DNA of 124,000 bases. Origin: Wallemia ichthyophaga EXF-994. Lineage: Eukaryota > Fungi > Basidiomycota. The stretch covers positions 20,001 through 144,000 of the forward strand of contig NW_008806276.1 in NCBI RefSeq assembly GCF_000400465.1, given 5' to 3'. Of this stretch, positions 114,039-124,000 are shown piece by piece. The position numbers were made by a program, and so were the translations under genes. Below the pieces are notes generated by a model, which saw only the letters and a list, made by a program, of their open reading frames with translations, did not search any database and was not told the origin of the DNA. Positions within the stretch are counted from its first letter, which is position 1; each line of letters starts with the position of its first letter.

Positions 114039-117000
114039 CTATGACGACTTGATGCTATCAGTGTATTCTTCCAACATTTTCAGATCGTGGTACCGCGCCA
114101 CTGAGTTTATAACTTGGAGACGCCTTTTGAATGCTTCGCGTGATGTTGTCAGCTTCCAAGCACCAGAACAGTGACAATGTGCAGCTAAATCGGAAGATCC
114201 TGAGACGCGTTAGAGTAGCCAAGATAACATTTCAGCACCCACTAATCGTGCCACACTTGGAGCATTTGAGATCTTGCACGGCGAACCCAGCAACCAGCTT
114301 GTCTACAACACCTAACAGTGACAGCTCCACCTCCATCTTGTCCTGTGAGCGACCGCAGGAAGCACATGGCCATTCTTCTTCAAGAAGCTCTACATCACGC
114401 ACGAGGTCGAGATCCTGAACAAATGTACATGCTTTGCACACCACACCTGTCACCTTAAAGCTTTCACAAGGCGGCTTGAATTGGGCATCCTCGGAGCTGG
114501 AGATGGGTGTTAGCGGGACTCACAAGAAGTACGAATACACCCACAATTCTCGTACTTTCAATATATCCAGCAGGTTGCGTTTCAGTACTGTCACCTCAAT
114601 AGCAACATCTCTAGACAACCCTAACACAGTGCACACACTCTTAACAAATTCCAACGTTGGGTTCTTCATATTACCCTGTGAGCCTGGAAGGAGAGGGAAG
114701 ATAAACATGTTGGCCTCTTCGTTGTCTTCCACACCGCTCGCCAACTCCGTCGCCGCTTCCGACTGTTTGCGAGACATCTCGGTGACTATCTTGAGTAGTC
114801 TCCTAGTGATCACACGCGTGATCAAATTCCTCTCAAAGTCTATTTCTTGCTTTTTGTAATCATCAACCGCAACCTCGCCTCCTTCGTTAGCGATCGCTCG
114901 CAGTGGTTTTCTGTATTGTAGACCCATCTTGCGTTTCTCAGAATACATGGCGTAGATATACTCAGCTATGACTATATCAAAGTAGTTTTGCAAAGCTGGT
115001 GGGAGATACTGTGGGACGTTCCACTTCATATCGACATGGAACTCCTCAGGCGGAGAGGATGAATTTGGAGCGTGATTGACGACACCACCGAAATTGGACA
115101 GATCCATCCACACCAGATAGTCCCAGAAGTTTACCGTCGTAAGTGTAATGTGCTTGAACAATTCAGCCGAGGTTGTAGCCGAGAGAATGTACTGTGCGTA
115201 CGCGGCAGCTGAGCCAGCAGTTGGTTTCGATGTGAGGATGAAAATTCGTCCAAAGTCCGCATAAACTATACCTGAACCAAGTCTCTTGATTTCCGCTAAA
115301 AGCTGCAAGAATACTTTCTTCATTAGTCCTCGCAGGAAGCGATGAATACCTGGATCGAAGAGTCGTGACACTGGTGAAGAGATCCACCTGAGCAAATGAT
115401 CAACCAATAAATGTCCAAATGCACTCTGTCCGTCAGCTGACTTTGCCTTATCTAGATACCAGCTTTTGACCATCGACTTGAGAATGGAGAAGACCTGCGA
115501 TGACACGACAGCCTCTCCCAACGTGACAGAAGCTTTGGCCTGCCCTTTTGTATACTCATCTATGGTGTGTGATGTACTGTCAAAGACAGTAGCTGCAGAT
115601 CCTGCACCTTCCATCTCATTTACAAGCGACGACTGAAGGATAGAGTTGACGGCAATATCTCGCAACTCAACTTCAAGTACGACGTTTGAAAATGTGCCAG
115701 GGTTTGAGAACTCTTCAGGCCCACCGCCTTCGTCTGCAAATTGTTGAGGAGGCACATCCTGTTCACGTCCACCGAGATCAGGCTTCGACGAATGAGACCA
115801 CCAAAGTAGGATATCACTTTTAATTAATCGCCTAGCAAACGATATGTCAGACAGCTGTATAGGGGCGTCCCTCTCTATGTTACCAACAGGGACGTCATAA
115901 TGCTTAGCCAGCCCGATCCTCTCGTGAATCCAAGCCGACATACGGAAGTACATACCAATCATCCTCTTAGATATCTTCGGCAGCCACATCAGACTCTCGT
116001 CGATACTCAAATCTTTGCGGGACGTGGGCACTGCAATGACAGGGTAATTGTTTAGTCCGTCACCAAATTGAGAGAAGTAGGATTGCGATTGGGGCGAGTT
116101 TAGGACAACAATTGTAGGACCTTGCCTCTGACCACCAAGGGTATTGAGATATCTGAACATGTTCTTGACAGCAGACTGTTCGCCACCGTGGAAAGTAACT
116201 TCAAAAGACATTTCAGAACTATACTCAAATGCCTCGTCGTTCTCCTCAGATTTACGGGATAGATAACTTTCATAACTCTGTCCATAGACCTTGTCCAAAT
116301 TTGGCAGCTGTGGACGCGTCCTACTGGATGAATCCACAATAAATATCTTGCATTCACCATCTGGAGAGAAGACACTATATATGTGGCGGCGATCTACGTA
116401 AGCGTGGAACATGTAGATGTACCGCAGCTGGTTGAAGTTTTGCAGATAGGTTTTAGAATTTTGAGCTGCATTGGAGAGCTCCACTAATTCGAAACCGCGG
116501 TCAAGACCCTTGCTTAGTCCACCAGTTGATGCTTTCGAAAGTGCGCACTTTGATCCCAGCCTGATCAACGCACGATCAATAAGTGGTACCTGAATTTTGC
116601 GTTAATGTGAACAGTCAGTGAGGTACTACATCCAACCCACCTGCATCTCGTAGACACTGTCAACATTTATGTTACTCGTCAGATTCTTGAAGTGAGACTC
116701 ATTGTCGACGTAGAGTCGCTCAGGGACAGTCAACTTGAAAAGATTGAGACATGGTTGGTCACGTGGCAAGCTTCTCACGACCCTCTCAGCCATATACTCT
116801 TCCGCAAATTCACCTTCACCAGGTGCATTTTTGAGGTTGAGATAGAACTCCCTCGGTATCCTCAAGCGGACTTGTTGGAAATTACCGCCAAGGCTTAACC
116901 ACAACCTGAATTCACCAGGTCTAACGGAGGGATAGATTTGCACTATATCCCAAGCACTCCCACTAAATCCAACAGAGCGGTCTTGGAACATACCAAGAGC

Positions 117001-120000
117001 AGTCTGACGCGAAACGCCTGCTTGATTCCTCGAAGCCTTCGATCCATGCTTCCTCTTATATGCCCTCTGCAACTTCCAACGCTTACGCATTACTCTAATG
117101 AATGCACTGTAATCCTCATCGGCATCTGGGACAGGGATGGACATGACTCTCTCATACTCTTCCTCCTCGAGCTGCTGACGGTTTTTCTTGCGCACTGCTG
117201 CCTGCTTCGGTTTGCCATTGACAGATGGACCGATGCCCAAGTCCTCCATGTCCTGGTTAACCTCTCTCTGCTTCTCGAACATATCAGTCAGCTTGTGCTG
117301 TCTGAATTTGTCATCCGAATTCGCTATTCTCTTGTAGAGCCAATCCGGGTGAGCGATGCGTGGGACTGGGTTGGGTATCTTCTGCAGGGCTGCTGGAATA
117401 GTGATAATTTTTTGAACAACTGAACCGAATCTCTCAATATAGTAATCCCAATCGAGAATGCTTCTAATATCAAAGTCAGTCAGACTGTTATCCTTCAGCC
117501 ATTTACGCAGATAGTGAGATTTGATAGACTGTTCAGCAGTGAAGATGGTAACCGGTACAGCTCTTTCAGTAACAGGAGCACCGAATGGTTTGGCAGAAAT
117601 AATGTATCGACAACTAAGACCCTTATCTTTGACCATCTGCTCACCCAAGAACTCTGCAAGTCTGCGAGCTGTTGATATGGAGGTGGATTTCTGACCCTCG
117701 TACTCGGCAAGTGTTTTACTCATTGATCGATTCTCGGAAATCAGTTCAACTAGCTCCTCATCAGATAAAGTGGAACCTTTACCGAAGAGAATATCCAGCC
117801 ATTGGTCCGCAACTTTGGCGACAGCATCGTAGCACTCCTTTGTCGTCGATCCTAACAAAAATTTACTGAAAATTTCGCTTTGGAAGAATTTGATGAGCTG
117901 CAGTTCACCCCTGCGCTTCACTTCGAATCCCTTTAATTCTGCTAAAGAACCGTCCTCTTCGAACACCGCGTATCGCTTCTTCAGCAGCTTATCTTCTTCT
118001 TTGGAGGCAGGTAAGATCATCGCACGATATGGTCCATCCAATTCGAAGAAAATACTATTCTCCGAATGCATTTCATACTCCCCTTTGTCCTTGTTGGTGA
118101 GAGTGTGGTATTGGTCGTTGGTGAATTTTCCGTGGACAAGGTGATTAAGCATAACACATGGGTAAGAGAAGCCCATGGTTTTGCCGCCCTTAAGAGTGAA
118201 TTTAAAGTTTTCAGGAAAGCAGCCTGGAAGCATACACCAAATACCGTCAGTATCTAATTCAAGCGGTCTGCCAATCTGTTCGACGAGCTGACGAGCCATC
118301 TGGATGATAGTCGCACCAGTCAAGCAAGTTATACCTGCCATCTCCATAGAATACCATCTCGCACCTTTACGCATGACATAACCGTAGAAAGAGTTAAGAA
118401 TGCACTTGTGGGCGAGTTGAAGGGAGTCGTAAAGAGTTATCATATTCTTAGCCTCAACTGAGGCAGACAAACTGCCCTCTTCATTTGCATTGTCTAATTT
118501 ACCTTTCCACTGCTTGTGAAAACCTTTGTACTCATACCGTCTATCGCGAAACGCCCTAACTGTGTCAATGTAGAACGGGTTTTCGCGCTGACAGATTATA
118601 GCTTCACGGTTGATGATTTTGGTATCGTGTGTTTTGCGATAAACCTTCCTCGAGTAATCCCCAAGACGCTTCTGTATTAGAGCGGACTGTTCAGTAGGCG
118701 AGAGCTCGACAAAGCGTCTCTTGGGCGCACCTATCTGACGACCAGGGAAAGACTCCGATTCGAGTGCGTGTCTAATCATATTGTACTCATCTCGCTTTGC
118801 AGGGAAAAATTCACCACGCCAAGCCCATGTCAAACGCCTATCACACTGCTTATCGGGGGTGTTGTAGTCACATGCTGCGCACATTCCCTCATCAACCACG
118901 GCATCTGGCTGTAGCCTGTTTGACAACATGATCTAAGAGAAGGTGTGTTAGCATGTGTGTAAGACATACTACTCACTCACATTCGGATACATGGCAGCAA
119001 CGTCAAGATGGTAGATCAACGGTGGATCTTGTCTGACGGGATTATCACGAAGATTCTCCAAAACCCCCTTGATCTCATTCTTGACTTGCTCGTAATTCTC
119101 CACATCCTCCAACCTCTTCTTCTCCTCGACGACAATGGAGAACTGGAGTGCGTTGTCGAGGTCATCAATGAGCTGAGGCGAGGAGAATGAGTGTCATCGC
119201 CACCGAATCAAACAAATCCTACTAACCTGCTGAATAGCCTTGGGGACAATCTTGAAATCAGTAGCTATGTCATTCCTGAACACACCAGCTTCCAACGCTT
119301 CGACGTGACCACCGACATAAGTCTCTGACGACAGCAGATGTCCTTCATACATACTGCCTTGTGGGTCGACGTGTCTGTTGGGCATTATGACGCCAGCACT
119401 GTAAGCCTCGACCATGAGCAGAGTTTCACAGAGCGTGCCAGAACCCTTGCGAAGGACATCGTCGGGGTTGAGAGGTATAATGTTGCAGAGGGAGAAGACG
119501 AAACTGAGAGAGCGTTAGTGTGAGGTGATGAAAGGAGAAAGTGAAACTGACGGATGGATATATTTCATGTAGAGGTAGTAAGTAGCTACGGCGTCAGACA
119601 CCGAATACTGAGCGAGCACTTGCGGCTGCTCAATGGCGTATCTAGAAAAAAGGGTGAGTGGTGTATTCAAAGTTGAGCCTGAGAAAACCTACGGTGTCAT
119701 GAGCTCTGGATCAAGTTCAATGGGGTTGTAGCCGAGTTTGGCAACAGTGACAGCTTTGAGACCGTGACTACCCTGGGGGAGATAGGAATCCCGCTTCACC
119801 CATCTGAAACAATCCATGTGTGAACAAGTTGCACTTTTATACTCATCCTCATTGTCCCTCTCGAAACCTGTCTCGGCGTAGAGACTCAAACCATTTGCAG
119901 TGGCGCGAGCATCGACGTAAGGAAAATCGAAGAAATCACCGTTGTAAGTAGCCATGACGGTGGGTTGAACCTGTCTGATGTGCTCGAAGAAGCGTTTCAA

Positions 120001-121063
120001 GACACCAGCCTCATCGGGCTCGTTGAAGATTGAGAAAGGGCCATCGTACTCGTCTTTGGGAGTGTAGTCGAAATCGTGGATGTCTTCAGAGACAATTTCG
120101 CGGTTGGTGATGAGGTATCCCTGGCCGTCTACCATATAAGAGATCATCATGATGGGATCGACGGCGCTGTCTGGGAACTTAAGAGGCGCCTTACACGTTT
120201 CAATATCATACGCCATGACGACTGGTTCAGCGCGCTTAACACGGTGTTCAACTTTTTCCAGTTTTATTTTGCCCTCGCTTGCTGAGACGGTGTACCACAT
120301 ACCAACTCGTATACCTAGCAGAGAGTGAGCTGGGGAGAGTGAAAAAGAGGGAATGCCCACCTAAATCAGTTGCAACGCGTAAGTAATATGGTACGTCATA
120401 CTCGCGTGCGTCTACGATTAACTGCGAGGGATCTTCTTTGCTTTTAGCGTCGTTTCCGGAGTTTTCAAGGGTGATATCTTGGTCAGCAGAAGCGACGACG
120501 TCAGCGTACGCATCGACGGCAGATCTCTTCTCGGCATTTGATTGAGCAAGCGGGAGAACTTCTCTGCGAATGGTGAGGAGGTCTTGAACGTTCCTGAATT
120601 TAAGCTGTAGATAAACTTTCGGGAGGCTGAGGAGGTGGTTGGGTGCCTTAAGATCGTCCTTGTAAATGCGTTCAATCTTATAGATAAGCGATTCAAACCG
120701 CCGTAAAAGCCATTCTTCGACAGCAGCTTCTGTGCCTGGCTTGCAAGATAAATAGAAATAAGGCTCGTAGGTTATCGTAGATTTAAACATTCCGCCATCG
120801 TCCTCGAGGAAGTAAAAGTCAACGGCTGCTTTTCCACCAATGTAGTCGTCATCTTCGATGAGCGTGGGGTGCATATTCACCAGCCACGCCTCCCGCGCTC
120901 CTCCCTCCTCAAATCTGGAGAATCCTAGCCTGGCGTCGAGATGGTCGCTTTCTTTGATTTTATCGAATTTAGCGGCAAGTAGCTGACGTTCGTCGACGAT
121001 CTTTGGTGCCGATGGTTCTTTGCGGCCTGTGCCTGCTTTTTTAAATTTCGTACGGCTGCTCAT
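114039..121063 (-). CDS. POL2: DNA polymerase epsilon catalytic subunit
   Basis: [70 protein letters not shown]-terminal CKAC..CASC and CSKC..CHC zinc fingers. Confidence 0.98.
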
Positions 121064-121289
121064 GGCTGTTGTTAGCCTGAGTCGCGTACTTGTATCTCAG
121101 AAAGACGCGCGCGAGGCTAATTTTACAGAGGCGGTGATATTGATTCTATTTAGTAATTGATGTGTGCTGTACATTTTAAAGTTTATATAAAACACACAGC
121201 CGAAGCCACACACATGCAAAATTCAGAAAAAGTGAAAATTCTCACCAAATGACCTCATACAATCATTCTGCCTTCTCTCGTCCATCACG

Positions 121290-123656
121290 ATGATAGTGCG
121301 AGCGGGAGTGCGATTGCGATTGCAGCGGCAGCGGTGGACAAGCAGGAGCACACCACGCACCTCTTTTACGCGCACGCTAAGCAGTGCATCCTGGAGCGAC
121401 ACCCGGCGTACGCGCAACATAGGCATAATGGCGCATATAGACGGTGGCAAGACGACGCTCACGGAGTCGCTTCTGCACGCTACGGGTCACCTCAAGCACC
121501 GCGGCAACGTCGACGAGGGTACAACAACGACAGACTTCCTCCCTGCAGAACGCGAGCGCGGTATTACCATACAGAGTGCGTCGATCCCTCTGCAATGGCG
121601 TGACCACCGCATTAACCTCATCGACACACCCGGACACGCAGATTTCGCGATAGAGGTCGAGCGTGCAGTACGCGTGCTTGATGGCGGGATTGTCGTGCTC
121701 GACGGCGTGGAGGGCGTGGAAGCGCAGACTATGGGCGTGTGGGCGCAATGTCGCAGATACTCTCTCCACCCGCTTCTCCTCTTCGTCAACAAGATGGATA
121801 GAGTAGGCGCCGATTACAGACATTCGATTGAGAGCACTATAAGGAAAATGCATAGGAGACCCCTCGTGCTGCAGCTGCCGATTTATAGCAATGGCGTTGG
121901 CGGTGATGCCTTTGTTGGCGTCGTCGACGTCCTCGGCGATGCTCCGATAAACACACCCCAAGATATCCTCGATCAGCGCTCTTTAGCTCGCAATTGCCTC
122001 ATAGAAACCCTCTGTGAAGTCGACAGTAGCCTCCTCGACACTTACCTTGCCGTGGAGGACTATAGCAGGGTGAGTGATGCCGATATTCACTCCGCCTTGC
122101 GCCGGAATGTCCTTACTGGGGAGGTCCTGCCCGTGTTGTGTGGCTCAGCGCTCAAGAACATCTCCATAGACAGCATCCTCGATTCAATCATTACCTATAT
122201 TCCTTCCCCACTAGACGTTCCTGCGCCGCGGACGACCGGCGGCCACAGCATTGGCAGTATCGGGGGTAGCAATAGCGCAGTGAACAGCGCAAACAAATCA
122301 CAAACCACGCAAACCACACAGCTCTCACAAAGCACACTAGCCATGGCATTCAAAGTAGTCCACGATGCCAAAAAGGGCTGGCTAACATGGGTGCGAGTGT
122401 ATGGGGGTGTCCTAACGCGTCAAGGTGTACTATGGAACAGTTCGCGGGGGGTAAAAGAGCGCGTAAACCGGTTGCTAGTGATGAGTGCGGACGATCAAGC
122501 GGAGATCGACGCATTACACCCAGGTCAAATAGGGGTGATACTAGGTTGCAAGAGCACGCGAACGGGTGACACGCTTACAGAAGCGCGCGACACGTCGCTG
122601 CGTAATGTCACACTGCAAAACATAGCCATCCCCCCACCCGTGTTCAGTGTTGCGATAGAGCCCGAGTCCCTGTCAGATGAAGCAGGCGTGGTAGAGGCGC
122701 TGCGCAGTCTCGTCCGCACTGATCCCTCGCTCGTCGTTAGCGAGGCCAGCGAGAGTATCGCGGCGGGTGGTGATGGTCAGACCCTCCTCAGCGGGTTGGG
122801 TGAGCTACATCTGGAGATTAGCTATGCTCGCCTGCGTGAGGAATTTGGCGTTCGTTGCCGTATGGGGCCCATGCGCGTCGGCTTTCTCGAAACCCTCCCG
122901 CTAGATGCACACGCTGTGCGTCAAGAGGACTACGCTCGCGAGGTGAGCAGGAAACATACACAGGCCGGTGTTACAGTGAGTGTGCGGCGGAGAGAGGATG
123001 TGGAGGGTGAGAGTGAGAAAGTACACAACGCACACAACGCAGACAACGTGATCGTGTTCAACACCCCACACACACAGCTCGCACCAGAGTACGAGGAGGC
123101 GGTCAAGAGCGGTGTGATGGCAGGCACGGCTCGTGGACCGCTGCAAGGGCATCCTGTGCGGGGGCTGCACATTACCATCACAGATATACGTCTCCTCGAC
123201 AAAGACCAGTCGCCAAGTTCGGCACTAACGGCGGCTGTTTCGCTTGCTGTTATCAAAGCTGTACGCACAGCTTCGACGGTGGTGATAGAGCCGCTGATGC
123301 AAGTGGATATCATAGCACACGAGGGAGATGTGGGCAGAGTGATTAGCGATCTCACCTCGCTGAGGAATGGAGTGGTTGTGTCGATGGAGGAGGATATGCA
123401 TGGCGCAAACTCAGACGCACACGCTCACACTGACACTCGCACCTCAGTTTACATTCCCCCTCCCACACAGGCTTCCACACGCTCCTTCGAGAGCGGTGAT
123501 AAGGGCGCGCGGATGGTCGTGCAAGCTCATGTGCCCCTCACCAATATGATAGCTTACTCGAGCAACCTCAATGCACTCAGTGGTGGCAGCGGGACTTTCT
123601 CGATGAAGGTGTGTGGCTGGAAGGAGACGAGTGGGGCGGTGGCAGCGACGTTGTGA
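121290..123656 (+). CDS. MEF2: Mitochondrial ribosome-releasing factor 2 (EF-G2mt)
   Basis: RNIGIMAHIDGGKTT, ERERGITIQSA, INLIDTPGHADF, NKMD, GLGELHLEI, VPLTNMIAYS..GGSGTF. Confidence 0.88.
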   Translation: MIVRAGVRLRLQRQRWTSRSTPRTSFTRTLSSASWSDTRRTRNIGIMAHIDGGKTTLTESLLHATGHLKHRGNVDEGTTTTDFLPAERERGITIQSASIPLQWRDHRINLIDTPGHADFAIEVERAVRVLDGGIVVLDGVEGVEAQTMGVWAQCRRYSLHPLLLFVNKMDRVGADYRHSIESTIRKMHRRPLVLQLPIYSNGVGGDAFVGVVDVLGDAPINTPQDILDQRSLARNCLIETLCEVDSSLLDTYLAVEDYSRVSDADIHSALRRNVLTGEVLPVLCGSALKNISIDSILDSIITYIPSPLDVPAPRTTGGHSIGSIGGSNSAVNSANKSQTTQTTQLSQSTLAMAFKVVHDAKKGWLTWVRVYGGVLTRQGVLWNSSRGVKERVNRLLVMSADDQAEIDALHPGQIGVILGCKSTRTGDTLTEARDTSLRNVTLQNIAIPPPVFSVAIEPESLSDEAGVVEALRSLVRTDPSLVVSEASESIAAGGDGQTLLSGLGELHLEISYARLREEFGVRCRMGPMRVGFLETLPLDAHAVRQEDYAREVSRKHTQAGVTVSVRRREDVEGESEKVHNAHNADNVIVFNTPHTQLAPEYEEAVKSGVMAGTARGPLQGHPVRGLHITITDIRLLDKDQSPSSALTAAVSLAVIKAVRTASTVVIEPLMQVDIIAHEGDVGRVISDLTSLRNGVVVSMEEDMHGANSDAHAHTDTRTSVYIPPPTQASTRSFESGDKGARMVVQAHVPLTNMIAYSSNLNALSGGSGTFSMKVCGWKETSGAVAATL

Positions 123657-123766
123657 TATTTAATTGTAAAACGCATGCATAGACTGAACTTGAAAGGAGT
123701 GTGGATGGAATAATGCAGTAAATATCAGACATGAAACATGAGTCAAAAGCCAAGAGAAATGAGACA

Positions 123767-124000
123767 TCAGACATCCGCCGACATGTCAATTTCGACTTTC
123801 TGACCAGGTTCAAATGCAGGCAGGCCTAGAGGAGAATGTTAGAGTGATTCAAGGAAATGATGGAAACTGACCAGCATATGGACAGGAAGCACACCTGAAA
123901 GCGTCTCCGAGGTAGCAGCTGCCGCAGCTAGAAGTGGCACCTTTAGCTTGGGCGTCTTGTACGCTGTTGAAAGTTTTCTTGAGGTCAGTCGAAGTGTCGA
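123767..124000 (-). CDS. DRE2: Dre2/anamorsin Fe-S assembly protein, 3' part (runs off the window)
   Basis: [21 protein letters not shown][18 protein letters not shown]. Confidence 0.92.

Noticed and set aside
121425-121460. MEF2 G1 motif AHIDGGKTT instead of AHIDAGKTT
   Set aside because: Conservative change at a variable P-loop position; the other G motifs are intact.

Overview
Eukaryotic, intron-containing fungal DNA. Introns are ~43-66 nt with GT..CTRAC..AG signals, and intergenic gaps are often <60 bp. The compact layout, basidiomycete-like protein sequences and an acidic hydrophobin suggest Wallemia (inference, not verified). About 80% of the window is a dense run of housekeeping genes: CFT2, CAB5, SEC16, AP-2 beta, RPB8, KAR4/METTL14, MMM1, PRP6, EPL1, ALG7, ARL2, MDM10, RRN7, CSN12, THOC3, VRP1, PDI1, catalase, TRM1, PDX1, a ZIP transporter, RPS18, RPL25, RPL21, STI1, POL2, MEF2, DRE2 (partial) and one intron-containing tRNA-Leu(TAA). 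Several of these are only visible after splicing. Two accessory regions stand out. (1) At ~45-67.3 kb is a segmentally duplicated, partly triplicated island of secreted-protein genes. It holds a KR-rich Kex2-type peptide precursor, a small secreted protein, a Css2/killer-toxin-like Cys protein that diverges between copies only in its C-terminal part, and a divergently transcribed secreted protein with an 87-bp VNTR (2, 10 and 1 full units). It also holds a decaying agmatinase and amino-acid-permease pair, a Zn2Cys6 regulator and an RTA1 gene. (2) At ~90.4-94.3 kb is a tandem array of four copies of an orphan gene family: one apparently intact, two pseudogenes and one fragment. Family assignments come from motif recognition by eye; no database search was run.
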